From Actinomycetota bacterium (lineage in GTDB: Bacteria > Actinomycetota > Actinomycetes > S36-B12 > UBA5976), in the NCBI GenBank assembly GCA_009918005.1, contig RGDC01000003.1:1-41541 (forward strand): a stretch of 41,541 bases of DNA, read 5' to 3'. Below are positions 27,538 through 37,361 of the stretch, one piece after another; the stretch's first letter is position 1, and each line of letters begins with the position of its first letter. The notes beneath the pieces are model-generated. The model was not told the origin of the DNA. It saw nothing but the letters and a program-made list of their open reading frames with translations, and searched no databases. A program made the position numbers and the translations under genes.

Positions 27538-28128
27538 GTGGCCAAAAGATCTGAAGCTCTAGAGCTTGCGATCCTTGGCGTACTCGCCCAAACCCCGCAA
27601 CATGGCTACGAACTTCGTAAGCGATTAATTTCAGTGCTTGGTCTGTTCAGCACAATTTCATATGGTGCTTTGTACCCAGCACTTAAGTCATTAGTCGAGC
27701 GTGGACTTCTGGTTGAACAAGATGAAGTTGGAACTGGAAAATACCCTAAGCGAGCTCGCATTACTTATGCCTTAACCGACGCTGGCTTAGCTCACTTCAA
27801 TGCAATGGTCGCCGATAGTGGGCCAGGCGCTTGGGACGATGACAACTTTGCAGTGCGGATGTCACTGTTCGGTCAAACCGAAGTAAATACTCGAATTCAT
27901 ATTTTGCAGGGTCGTCGCAGTCGAGTTGAAGAGCGCTTAGCAAACCTGCAAACAAACTTGTCTAAAGGCAGAGAGCGCTTGGACTCATACACTTTAGAGC
28001 TGCAACAACATGGCCTAGATGCACTTGAACGCGAAGTGCGTTGGCTAAACGAACTTATCTCGCGAGAGCAATCGCAGGGTGCCGCAAACAGCGGTAACTC
28101 CCAAGTCTCGCAAGTTAACAAAAAGTAA
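27538..28128 (+). CDS. PadR family transcriptional regulator (Rv0047c-like)
   Basis: LELAILGVL, HGYELRKRL, SYGALYPAL, Y.LT..G, EREVRWL.ELI motifs. Start GTG 27538; upstream of ino1. Confidence 0.92.
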   Translation: MAKRSEALELAILGVLAQTPQHGYELRKRLISVLGLFSTISYGALYPALKSLVERGLLVEQDEVGTGKYPKRARITYALTDAGLAHFNAMVADSGPGAWDDDNFAVRMSLFGQTEVNTRIHILQGRRSRVEERLANLQTNLSKGRERLDSYTLELQQHGLDALEREVRWLNELISREQSQGAANSGNSQVSQVNKK

Positions 28129-28167
28129 GACCGTAAGAAAAATTCACTGACAACTAGGAGGCTTACA

Positions 28168-29238
28168 GTGAGTGAAGTTAGAGTAGCGATCGTTGGTGTA
28201 GGAAACTGCGCATCATCGCTGGTACAGGGCGTTGAGTATTACAAAGACGCTGATCCAAAGGCACAAGTCCCCGGGCTTATGCATGTGCAGTTCGGTGACT
28301 ATCACATTAAAGATGTGAACTTTGTTGCTGCATTTGATGTTGATGCGAAGAAAGTTGGCCAGGATCTTTCCGACGCAATCTTTGCTAGTGAGAACAATAC
28401 GATTAAGTTTTCCGATGTCCCGCCGACAGGTATCACAGTTCTTCGTGGACATACCTATGACGGACTTGGTAAGTACTACCGTGACATGGTTGTTGAATCC
28501 GATGATTCACCAGTTGATGTTGTTAAGGCACTTAAGGATGCAAAAGTTGATGTATTAGTTTGCTATCTTCCGGTTGGATCCGAAGAAGCTGCAAAGTTTT
28601 ACGCACAGTGTGCAATTGATGCTGGTGTCGGATTCGTTAATGCGCTTCCAGTATTCATCGCTGGTACAAAAGAATGGGCCGACAAGTTCACTGCAGCTGG
28701 AGTTCCAATCGTTGGAGATGACATCAAGAGCCAAGTAGGTGCCACAATCACCCACCGGGTTCTTGCCAAGCTATTTGAAGATCGTGGCGTAACTGTTGAT
28801 CGCACTTATCAACTAAATGTTGGCGGCAACATGGACTTCATGAACATGTTGGAGCGCGATCGCTTGGAATCGAAGAAAATTTCCAAAACCCAGTCAGTGA
28901 CATCTCAGCTACGCGACAAGATCGATCCTCGCAATGTTCACATTGGCCCAAGCGATTACGTTGCTTGGCTTGATGATCGCAAATGGGCTTTCGTTCGCCT
29001 TGAGGGACGTGCGTTCGGCGATGTGCCATTGAGCCTTGAATACAAGTTGGAAGTTTGGGATTCACCAAACTCAGCTGGTGTCATCATCGATGCAATTCGT
29101 GCTTGCAAGATTGCAAAAGATCGTGGCATTGGTGGCCCTATCCTGAGTGCTTCAAGCTACTTCATGAAGAGTCCACCGGTTCAATACGACGACACTAAGT
29201 GCCGTCAAGAAGTTGAAGACTTCATTGCTGGTAAGTAG
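28168..29238 (+). CDS. ino1: Myo-inositol-1-phosphate synthase
   Basis: [55 protein letters not shown] motifs; SD AGGAGG. Confidence 0.97.
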   Translation: MSEVRVAIVGVGNCASSLVQGVEYYKDADPKAQVPGLMHVQFGDYHIKDVNFVAAFDVDAKKVGQDLSDAIFASENNTIKFSDVPPTGITVLRGHTYDGLGKYYRDMVVESDDSPVDVVKALKDAKVDVLVCYLPVGSEEAAKFYAQCAIDAGVGFVNALPVFIAGTKEWADKFTAAGVPIVGDDIKSQVGATITHRVLAKLFEDRGVTVDRTYQLNVGGNMDFMNMLERDRLESKKISKTQSVTSQLRDKIDPRNVHIGPSDYVAWLDDRKWAFVRLEGRAFGDVPLSLEYKLEVWDSPNSAGVIIDAIRACKIAKDRGIGGPILSASSYFMKSPPVQYDDTKCRQEVEDFIAGK

Positions 29239-29260
29239 CTGCTAGTAAGTAATTTATAGA

Positions 29261-29345
29261 ACCGTTGCGCTTCGGGTGTAGTAGACACATAAGCGGCCTC
29301 CTTTACTAAGGGTCCCTAGTTCGACTAGGGGCCCTTAGTTGTTTA
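29261..29345 (+). ncRNA. Candidate small RNA with exposed anti-SD (CCUCCUUU) between a 5' stem and a terminator
   Basis: TAATTT -10-like at 29250-29255; CCGUU/AGCGG closing stem; CCTCCTTT at 29297-29304; 16-bp hairpin then UGUUU. Confidence 0.5.
29305..29344 (+). terminator. Intrinsic terminator after ino1 and the candidate sRNA
   Basis: ACTAAGGGTCCCTAGT-tcg-ACTAGGGGCCCTTAGT-TGTTT. The single imperfection is a U.G wobble on the + strand. Confidence 0.85.
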
Positions 29346-29404
29346 TCTCGGTAATTTTCTTCCCAAAACGACAATTTCATAAAACTAGGGGTAGCGTGAA
29401 TTAA

Positions 29405-30748
29405 GTGAATCGCCCAAGTGCTAGATCGTTTTCGTTCTTGCGACATGCCAATGCGCGAGAACTTCTTGGCGCGCGCATCTTTGGCCAAGCGGGAGATGGT
29501 TTACTGCAAACCGCATTAGCGACCTTCGTATTATTCTCCCCACAGCGAGAATCAGATCCACGCAAAATTGCATTGGCATTTGGCATACTACTTTTGCCGT
29601 ATTCAATTGTGGCTCCCTTTGTTGGAGTCTTTATTGATCGCTGGTCTCGCCGCACGATTTTGATTCGTGCAAATTTGCTTCGTGTGGTGACAATGATTGC
29701 AATTGCGGTGGTGATTGCTAACAGTTCAGCGAGCGTAATCCTTGCAGTTCTTGTCCTCATCAGTCTTGGCGTCAATAGATTCGTGCAAGCTGCGCTGTCT
29801 GCCTCACTTCCCCATGTAGTCGATGAGGGTGATCTCGTCCCAGCTAATGCACTTTTTCCTACCTTAGGAACCACTGCTGCCTCGTTAGCAGCCGCGCTTG
29901 GTATTGCTACCCAAAACATTTTAGAAAATTCAGATGCAATTAATGCCGGCTTAGTTATTGCGGGTTCGGTTCTTGCTGGAATAGCTTCATTGATTGCACT
30001 TCGCATCACTCCAAAAGATATTCTTGGTCCTTACCTGGTTGAGTCCGCAATGCGCGATGAATTTAAAAATGCTTTATCGGGACTCGCTGCTGGATTCAAA
30101 TACATGATTCGTTCTGGCAGAACTTTAAGTAGCATGTCAGCCGTAGCGTTACAAAGATGGGCCTTTGGAGCTTTGACGGTGCATACCCTGTTGCTTTCGC
30201 GAAATTCCTGGCATACCGCTTCTACCGCCGACCAGGCAGTGCTGGATTTTGGGCTTTGTGCAGGCGCTGCTGCTACTGGTGCATTTACCGCTGCGATCTT
30301 GAGTACCTTCTTACTGAGTGATCGCGCCGATAAAACCAAATCTGGATCTGACGGTTCACCTCATCGCCAGGTTCACCTGATCGCAGCAATGACAGTCGCT
30401 ACTGGTTTGAGTGCCGTGGTGTGTTTTGTTGGTTACCAAATAGGAACACTGCCAGCAATCTGTGCCACTGCTGCTTCGCTGGGTTTTGCCGGACAGTTGC
30501 TAAAGATCAATGCTGATACAACTATTCAACGAACTATCGATGATGCGCATCGCGGTCGGGTGTTTTCAATTTTTGACATGATGATAAACATTTCTCTGGT
30601 GCTAGGTATCACCACTTATGCGTTAATTGGTGGCATCAGAGAAAACATAAATGTGGGCGCAGCATATTCCGTTGTATTGCTCAGTTGCAGTACCGGATTG
30701 GCTATCTTTTTACTTCGTAAATATCGCGCAAATCAGAGGTCGCTCTAG
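29405..30748 (+). CDS. MFS transporter (Rv0037c-like)
   Basis: R..GQ.GDG, PF.GVFIDRWSRR motif A, RGRVFSIFD; about 12 hydrophobic segments. Leaderless start: TAGCGT, 7 nt, GTG. Confidence 0.9.
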   Translation: MNRPSARSFSFLRHANARELLGARIFGQAGDGLLQTALATFVLFSPQRESDPRKIALAFGILLLPYSIVAPFVGVFIDRWSRRTILIRANLLRVVTMIAIAVVIANSSASVILAVLVLISLGVNRFVQAALSASLPHVVDEGDLVPANALFPTLGTTAASLAAALGIATQNILENSDAINAGLVIAGSVLAGIASLIALRITPKDILGPYLVESAMRDEFKNALSGLAAGFKYMIRSGRTLSSMSAVALQRWAFGALTVHTLLLSRNSWHTASTADQAVLDFGLCAGAAATGAFTAAILSTFLLSDRADKTKSGSDGSPHRQVHLIAAMTVATGLSAVVCFVGYQIGTLPAICATAASLGFAGQLLKINADTTIQRTIDDAHRGRVFSIFDMMINISLVLGITTYALIGGIRENINVGAAYSVVLLSCSTGLAIFLLRKYRANQRSL

Positions 30749-32184
30749 GTTTGCGAATTCCACCAAGTGGTTAGGCGTTCAATCGCTTGCTCCCTACTCA
30801 GCGGTCCTTCATCCAACCGAACATTTAGCAAGTAGTTGTAGGCCTTTCCGATCATCGGACCTGATGTAACATTCAAGATGGACATAATGTCGTTTCCATC
30901 TAAGTCCGGCCTAATCGAATTCAATTCCTCTTGTTGTTCCAAAGTTTTGATTCGATCTTCCAGGTCGTCATATGTTGCTGCCAAAATTGCAGCCCGTCGT
31001 GGATTTCTTGTTGTGCAATCTGCTCGCGTCAATTTGTGAAGTCGAACCAACTCTTCTCCGGCATCTCTGACATACCTGCGAACTGCTGAATCAGTCCATT
31101 GACCTTGTCCGTATCCGTGAAAACGTAAATGGAGTTCCGTTAGTTTGCAGACCGAATCAACCAAGTCACTCGGATATCGCATAGCCGTTAATCGTTTCCG
31201 GGCAATCTTTGCGCCAACTACTTCATGATGATGGAAGCTGACACCACCACCTGATTCGAATCTGCGTGTTTTTGGTTTACCGATATCGTGCAAGAGTGCA
31301 GCCAAGCGCAACACTAAATCAGGCTCGCATTTTGGGGCATGTGTAGTTTCTAAATCGATTGCTTGCTGTAGAACTATCAAACTATGTTCATAAACATCTT
31401 TATGTTTATGGTGTTCATCAATTTCAAGTTGGAGCGCGGGTAGTTCGGGAATTACATGCTCGGCAAGGTTAGTTCCCTCTAGAATTTCAAGACCAAGAGC
31501 CGGATTATCACCCATGATCAATTTTGTGAATTCGTCTCTAACTCTTTCTGCGGAAACAATCTTTATTCGATCCGACATTTCTGTGGCAGCCAACAAAACA
31601 TCGACAACTGGCGTGAAACCTAATTGACTTGCGAATCTCGCAGCTCGCATCATGCGCAATGGGTCATCTGAAAAAGATAATTCTGGTTCTCGTGGCGTGC
31701 GGATAACTCGCTTACTCAAGTCATCTACACCTCCAAATGGATCTACGAAAACAAGTTCGGGAAGTCTTACCGCCATCGCGTTTATAGTGAAATCGCGCCG
31801 AACTAGATCCGCTTCCAGCGAAGTACCAAAACTAACTTCGGGCTTTCGACTTTCATCGCTATAAATTTCCGTGCGGTAAGTCGTTATCTCTACTTGAAAA
31901 TCTTTTCGGCGAGCGCCAACAGTGCCAAATGCAATTCCAATGTCCCAAACTGAATCGGCCCAAGGCGTAACCAAACTTAGAATCTGATCCGGGTTAGCGT
32001 TGGTTGTGAAATCGAGGTCTGTGATTTCGCGATTTAGAATTAGGTCCCGAACCGGGCCACCGACGATAGCGAACTCAAAGCCAGCAACACTAAACAGTTG
32101 TGCAAGCTTCATCACATCGGGCATTTGTTCCAGAGCAGATGTTACGGTTCTCGTTGCTATTGCCTGTGGCGATGTGTTGTCCAT
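30745..32184 (-). CDS. cca: CCA tRNA nucleotidyltransferase with HD domain
   Basis: VGGPVRD, DLDF, EITTYR, DL.RRDFTINAMA, DDPLRMMRAARF, LLHDIGK motifs. Start set at ATG 32184 (MDNTSPQ); the longer ORF runs into the divergent promoter. Confidence 0.94.
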   Translation of the reverse strand: MDNTSPQAIATRTVTSALEQMPDVMKLAQLFSVAGFEFAIVGGPVRDLILNREITDLDFTTNANPDQILSLVTPWADSVWDIGIAFGTVGARRKDFQVEITTYRTEIYSDESRKPEVSFGTSLEADLVRRDFTINAMAVRLPELVFVDPFGGVDDLSKRVIRTPREPELSFSDDPLRMMRAARFASQLGFTPVVDVLLAATEMSDRIKIVSAERVRDEFTKLIMGDNPALGLEILEGTNLAEHVIPELPALQLEIDEHHKHKDVYEHSLIVLQQAIDLETTHAPKCEPDLVLRLAALLHDIGKPKTRRFESGGGVSFHHHEVVGAKIARKRLTAMRYPSDLVDSVCKLTELHLRFHGYGQGQWTDSAVRRYVRDAGEELVRLHKLTRADCTTRNPRRAAILAATYDDLEDRIKTLEQQEELNSIRPDLDGNDIMSILNVTSGPMIGKAYNYLLNVRLDEGPLSREQAIERLTTWWNSQT

Positions 32185-32244
32185 AACATGACCTAGCCTA
32201 GATGCAATTGCAAAAAGTCCAATATTTGCAGGTATTCTTACAAA

Positions 32245-34248
32245 GTGAGCCGTCAACGTGAGTCCCGATACTCACCGCGCAATTCGCGATCTGAATCGGC
32301 TAAATTCCTTGGCGCAATGAGGTCGTTCGTAATTGGATTCTTGAGTCTGTTGCTCTGCCTTCAAGTTTCCGCATCGAGTGCTGCTGAAGGTGGCTCGGTG
32401 CAAATTACCGGTCTTAACATCTCGGTGCTAGCTGACTCAATTGACTCGTTAAGCACAAATCACCGGGTGATTTTGTCCGGAACCTTCACCAATACCTCAG
32501 AATCCGTTATTGACAACCTTGAACTAAATCTGGTTTCAACACCTGCCATCAAATCGCGCACCGAACTTGGTGAACTTTTGGCAGACCCTACAAGTGCCCG
32601 CAACATCAAAGCAAGCGATAAGTCCGCAGTACTGCGCAACATTGCTCCAGGCATTACGAAGAACTGGCAGATTGCTTTCCGTGGTGAAGAGGTACTAGGA
32701 ATTGATGCTGCTGGGGTATACGGACTTGGTGTCAAACCTAGTTTGAATGTGAGCGATGTAGCTACTGTTGTTACAACTCCTTGGTTCTTCAATGCAGACA
32801 TAAAGCCAACAAATGTTGCATTTGTTATTCCGTTAACCACGCTCAATGATCATTTAGCCGGCGGCGAAGTAGGCAGCCCAAAGAACGATCTCAATGAAGC
32901 ACAGCGATTGTTGAATTTAATTTTGAATCAACCGATATCGAAGATTTCCTGGTTGCAAGATTCCGCTTTGCGAACTTGGGTGAGTCAGTTAGCCGCCAGT
33001 TCTGCTTCTCAAATCCCGCTAGCGCTAAATACTGCACTGGATGGGTTAGCTCCTACTGTTGGTTACTTACCATACGGACACACGGACTTAACAGCATTGT
33101 CGTTAGCAAATCAGCAACGTGACCTGTTAGACGCAATAAATCTCTCGCGTTCATTGGCCTCGGGCAAGCAAATTTTTTATGCACCTGTGCAAGCGGTCTC
33201 GGATCGCAAAACTGTAGCGATGTTAAATGAGCAGGGCATCCGAACCATAGTTTCCAATGAGTTCTTGCGCGGCAATGAACGGGAAACCACAAGTGCCGTT
33301 GCAAAATCTGCTTCGAATCCAGTTTTAGTTAATGATCTTGCTGCTTCGAGATGCTTATCAGGAGCTGACGAAAATGATGCAGCGTTTTTTAAAACTGTAA
33401 CGTGTATTAAGAGTGAGCTTGGCATGATGACTGCGGAGTCTCCACAGAGTCCACGTTCAATAATTGTGTTGGCTCCACCTGACTGGAAAATTTCTTCCGA
33501 AAGACTTACTTCGCTCATTTCTATGTTGAGCGATCATAATTGGATGCAGCTTGCCAGCTTAGATTTAGTAGCGGCTTCAGAGCCAAAGCAAAATTTTGTT
33601 CCGCTCGCTGATGATTTTCAAAATCAGTTGACCCGGCAGACTATTCGAATCGCAAATAAACTGCGAAGTGAAACCGAAATTTTATCTTCCCTATTTGTCG
33701 ATAAGCAATTAGCAACTGGTTTTGATACCTCGCGCATCTTGGGATTTTCTGATCTATGGGGATCTGAAGTTGATGCCGCCCGTTATTTGTCTAGAAATCT
33801 TGAAATCCTCGATACATATCTTGGCGCTGTGAGTCTGCAGGCCTCATCACGAATCACTACGCCTGAGGAAAGCTCTGAAATTCCAATCACAATCGTCAAC
33901 GAAAGTGATCGCGAAGTATCTGTAAGTATCGATCTAACCAGTACTGCTACTTCTCGCTTCTCTGCTACTCCTAGTGAGTTAATCCAAGTTGGTAGCGGGC
34001 AACGCATTACAGTTCCGGTAGCTATTACATTGCGTGGCGCTGGCGTTGTCGATGTGAAGGCACAGTTGATTGCACCTAATGGTGAGCGCTTCGGTGAAGT
34101 AGAAAATATGCAAATCTCTTCAGCCGCTTATAGTCAGTTCGCCCGTACTCTGGTGTGGGGAGCCTTTGGACTGTTAGTTCTATTGGCTCTGAGTAATTTT
34201 GTTAAACGGCGAAAAGACAAGCGTTCGATTAAACATCCGGAAAGTTAG
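32245..34248 (+). CDS. DUF6049 family membrane-anchored extracytoplasmic protein (Rv3909-like)
   Basis: N-terminal hydrophobic segment, GVYGLGV, LPYG..D, IP.TI.N, C-terminal TM plus basic tail; conserved position between cca and murJ. Leaderless start: TATTCT, 6 nt, GTG. Confidence 0.8.
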   Translation: MSRQRESRYSPRNSRSESAKFLGAMRSFVIGFLSLLLCLQVSASSAAEGGSVQITGLNISVLADSIDSLSTNHRVILSGTFTNTSESVIDNLELNLVSTPAIKSRTELGELLADPTSARNIKASDKSAVLRNIAPGITKNWQIAFRGEEVLGIDAAGVYGLGVKPSLNVSDVATVVTTPWFFNADIKPTNVAFVIPLTTLNDHLAGGEVGSPKNDLNEAQRLLNLILNQPISKISWLQDSALRTWVSQLAASSASQIPLALNTALDGLAPTVGYLPYGHTDLTALSLANQQRDLLDAINLSRSLASGKQIFYAPVQAVSDRKTVAMLNEQGIRTIVSNEFLRGNERETTSAVAKSASNPVLVNDLAASRCLSGADENDAAFFKTVTCIKSELGMMTAESPQSPRSIIVLAPPDWKISSERLTSLISMLSDHNWMQLASLDLVAASEPKQNFVPLADDFQNQLTRQTIRIANKLRSETEILSSLFVDKQLATGFDTSRILGFSDLWGSEVDAARYLSRNLEILDTYLGAVSLQASSRITTPEESSEIPITIVNESDREVSVSIDLTSTATSRFSATPSELIQVGSGQRITVPVAITLRGAGVVDVKAQLIAPNGERFGEVENMQISSAAYSQFARTLVWGAFGLLVLLALSNFVKRRKDKRSIKHPES

Positions 34249-34275
34249 TTCACGGGTAGGCGGTTAGAAAAGACA

Positions 34276-35892
34276 GTGTCATCATTCATCGGACAAACGT
34301 CAGGGATGGCGGCGGGCACCCTTGCCAGTCGCATCACTGGGGTTTTTCGAGATATTGCTTTAGTCGCCGCAATTGGTACTGGGATATTTTCCGACACTTA
34401 CTCTGTTGCAAACAGCATTCCAAACATTATTTACATTCTTATTGCTGGTGGCGCAATTAATGCGGTTTTCATCCCTGCGCTAGTCAGACACATGGAAGAT
34501 GATGCCGATCAAGGAAAGCAATTCACTGATCAGTTATTGACTCTTGTTGGATTAGTTTTGCTTGGGATTGTAATCATTACAGTATTAGTTGCTGGATTGA
34601 TTGTGCATCTTTATGCAACCAAGCTTTGGACTCCGGAAGAATTTGATGTTGCAACTATGTTTGCGCGTTGGTGCTTGCCGCAAATATTCTTCTACGGACT
34701 TTACACACTTGCATCCCAAATTCTAAATTCGCGTAACTCGTTTGCCTTACCAATGTATGCGCCAATCGTTAATAACGTGATCGTGATCGTAACTGCTGTA
34801 ATTTTTGTTTCGTTTATGTCTGCGGCACCAACTGCTGAGTCGGTAACAGCGGCACAGATAAATCTGCTTGGCTTTGGCACAACTCTGGGAGTTATGGCTC
34901 AAGCCTTAATTTTGATCCCAGCACTAAAAAAATCTGGGTATGGATTTAAACCAAACTTTCAATTTAGAAATGTAGGAAACGGCAAAGTTGGAAACTTAGC
35001 AAAGTGGACGATCGGCTTTGTCTTGGTAAATCAAATTACTTTTTTGATGGTCTCAAATTTAACTACTTTGGCAAACGTCCTGGTGTCAGGTGATCCCAAT
35101 ACTGTTGCGGTTGGATTTACGTCTTATCAAAAAGGCCAACTCATGATGATGTTGCCACATTCCATAATTACAGTCTCGATCATTACTGCGCTACTGCCTC
35201 GCTTGAGTAGACAAGCGCATGACAAGGATCTAACTGCATTTGGTGGGGAGTTATCCGCATCATTGAGATTGGTCTCAGCGCTGATTATTCCTAGTGCAGT
35301 CCTTTTATTAGCTGCTGGTCCATGGATTGGTGCGTTGCTTTATGGCTACGGCGCATCTTCCACGACTCAAGGCGCTGCTCTTGGTGGCGTCGCTTCGATG
35401 TTTGCAATCGGGCTTCCGGCCTTTTCATTGTTTTATGTACTGCTTCGAAGCTATTACGCCCAAGAAAACACCAGGACTCCATTTATGATCAATCTGGGCT
35501 TTAACGGCCTGCACATCCTGATTGGTTTTACGCTGTTTTCTGTTATGCCCCAAGGGTTGCAGGTCGCTGGATTGGCTCTTGGTTATTCGATCTCGTATGT
35601 GATCACCTGCGCTCTGACCTGGATGCGGGTTGGCAAACGAGTGCCTGAGATTCGTAATAATGGCCATTTACGCCTGATTATCCGAGTGAGTGCAGCCAGT
35701 ATCTTTGCGGCATTTGTGTCCTACCTGTTGGTTCGCCTCACAATTACCAATCAAGCTGACATGTCTGCACTGCGAGTTGGGTTGGCAATTGGAATATTTA
35801 CGATTTCGTTCTCACTGATTTACCTGGGGTTGGCAAAACTGTTGCGCATCGCTGAGGTTGCCGCCGTACTGGCGTTAGTCCGACGCAAATAG
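34276..35892 (+). CDS. murJ: Lipid II flippase MurJ (MviN), stand-alone
   Basis: GTLASRITGVFRD, ANSIPN, GGAINAVFIP, LPQIFFYG, AP..NN, TALLPRLS, YYAQENTRTPF motifs. Confidence 0.95.
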   Translation: MSSFIGQTSGMAAGTLASRITGVFRDIALVAAIGTGIFSDTYSVANSIPNIIYILIAGGAINAVFIPALVRHMEDDADQGKQFTDQLLTLVGLVLLGIVIITVLVAGLIVHLYATKLWTPEEFDVATMFARWCLPQIFFYGLYTLASQILNSRNSFALPMYAPIVNNVIVIVTAVIFVSFMSAAPTAESVTAAQINLLGFGTTLGVMAQALILIPALKKSGYGFKPNFQFRNVGNGKVGNLAKWTIGFVLVNQITFLMVSNLTTLANVLVSGDPNTVAVGFTSYQKGQLMMMLPHSIITVSIITALLPRLSRQAHDKDLTAFGGELSASLRLVSALIIPSAVLLLAAGPWIGALLYGYGASSTTQGAALGGVASMFAIGLPAFSLFYVLLRSYYAQENTRTPFMINLGFNGLHILIGFTLFSVMPQGLQVAGLALGYSISYVITCALTWMRVGKRVPEIRNNGHLRLIIRVSAASIFAAFVSYLLVRLTITNQADMSALRVGLAIGIFTISFSLIYLGLAKLLRIAEVAAVLALVRRK

Positions 35893-35909
35893 GCAACTAA
35901 ACTGCAAAC

Positions 35910-37361
35910 ATGGGTGTTGCTAATGATCGTATCTTTGATGGTCGTTATGCATTAGATGTGCAAGTTGCAAGTTCTTTAAGTTCACCAATCTGGCGCGCAA
36001 TGGATCTATCTCTTAAGCGTTGGGTTAACTTGATTTTGCTGCCCACTTCCGATCTTCGAAGTGTAAAACTATTACAGGAATGTCAGCTTGCGGCAGTAAA
36101 TGATCGTCGCGATGTAGTTTCGATTCTGGATGTCATTTCCGATGGAAAGATAACAACTGCTGGAGATTCGAATTCGCAAGATCGTTATGTAGGTATCGTC
36201 ACTGAATGGTTAGAAGGTGAAACCTTAGATCGGCTAATTATTCGTCGTGGCGAAGTTTTTCCAATTGAACAAGCTCTCAAGCAACTTGGAACCGTTGCCA
36301 ATACTTTGAAGCATTCTCACTCGTTGAATGTATTTCATAGACGGCTCCGACCGCACAATGTAATTTTTTCTCCTGGTCAAGAAGTGCGACTTGCTGGCTT
36401 CGGTGTTGATTCTGCACTTTTAGGACCTGACCCCGGCGACGGTATCTCCCAGGACATCAAGGGTGTCGGACAATTGCTTTTTGTGATGGTGACTGGAATG
36501 TGGCCGCTTGGTAGCGTCGATTCTCTACCTGCAGCGATAAGTGATGCGGCTAATGGTTTGGTTTTGCCAAGCCAAGTCCATGTTGGCGTAAAGCCTTACA
36601 TTGATCGGATTTATCAACGGACTCAAGATGGCACCTTCACCTCAATGCGCCAAGTTATCGATGCATTGACCGTTGGCGAAGTTGAGGAATCCGAAAGTCT
36701 GCAAAACCGAGTCTCTCGGTTGACTGCAACCTCAGTAACTTGGACGCCGCCGCAATCTGCGAAATCAAATCGGGTTCGAAGCACCTTGATTGCAGCGCTA
36801 TCCGTTTTAGTATTTGGCTGGGTTGGTTGGCAGTTGTTAACAAGTAATTTCCATAGATCTGATTCTGCAATTGATCTCCTGGCTTCCCCGTTACCAAGTG
36901 CGTCCGTATCTCAGGCAACTGGTGCAATCGCAAAGGTCGTTAATGTAACAAGTTATGACCCTTTGGGCGATAACGCTGAAAATGATGATCAGGCTTTACT
37001 TGTAGTCGATGGAGACAAAGAAACGGCTTGGACCACTGTTAATTATCGTAAAGCTGATATGTCAGGCAAGGCAGGTGTTGGCTTACTGCTCGATTTGGGT
37101 TCCACACAAGATGTCTATGGGATCGACATTGACTTTGTCAGCGGACAAACGGCCGAAGTTTATGTTCTAAACACACCTCAGCCGGATTTGGCAACGGCAG
37201 CTAAGTTTGCTGACTTCGACCCAAATGAGATTTCCAGTTCGATGTCGACAACTACGGCGGTTTCGGGCAGATATGTTTTGGTTTGGCTGACTCCTGACTT
37301 ACCTAAGGCGGATTCGGGTGAGTTCCAAGGTGGAATTTATGAAATCAGAGTCCGTCTCTAG
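35910..37361 (+). CDS. Membrane pseudokinase (kinase-homology domain, TM, extracellular beta-sandwich); split-off equivalent of the mycobacterial MviN C-terminus
   Basis: GRY.L, W.A.D..L.R.V, VTEWLEG.TL; HRRLRPHNV lacks the catalytic Asp and AGFG replaces DFG; one TM; DGD..TAW.T..Y, GVGLLLDLG, GRYVLVWLT. Leaderless start: TAAACT, 6 nt, ATG. Confidence 0.85.
   Translation: MGVANDRIFDGRYALDVQVASSLSSPIWRAMDLSLKRWVNLILLPTSDLRSVKLLQECQLAAVNDRRDVVSILDVISDGKITTAGDSNSQDRYVGIVTEWLEGETLDRLIIRRGEVFPIEQALKQLGTVANTLKHSHSLNVFHRRLRPHNVIFSPGQEVRLAGFGVDSALLGPDPGDGISQDIKGVGQLLFVMVTGMWPLGSVDSLPAAISDAANGLVLPSQVHVGVKPYIDRIYQRTQDGTFTSMRQVIDALTVGEVEESESLQNRVSRLTATSVTWTPPQSAKSNRVRSTLIAALSVLVFGWVGWQLLTSNFHRSDSAIDLLASPLPSASVSQATGAIAKVVNVTSYDPLGDNAENDDQALLVVDGDKETAWTTVNYRKADMSGKAGVGLLLDLGSTQDVYGIDIDFVSGQTAEVYVLNTPQPDLATAAKFADFDPNEISSSMSTTTAVSGRYVLVWLTPDLPKADSGEFQGGIYEIRVRL

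Noticed and set aside
32157-32200. Out-of-frame leaderless 10-codon ORF overlapping the cca start (minus strand: TAGGCT, 5 nt, ATG 32189)
   Set aside because: The 5-nt spacing differs from the 6-7 nt seen elsewhere, and its stop does not couple to any start; too weak to report.
37332-37356. SigH/SigR promoter for trxB (GGAAT...GTC)
   Set aside because: The -10 element reads GTC, not GTT, with a 17-nt spacer, and it lies inside the pseudokinase coding sequence.
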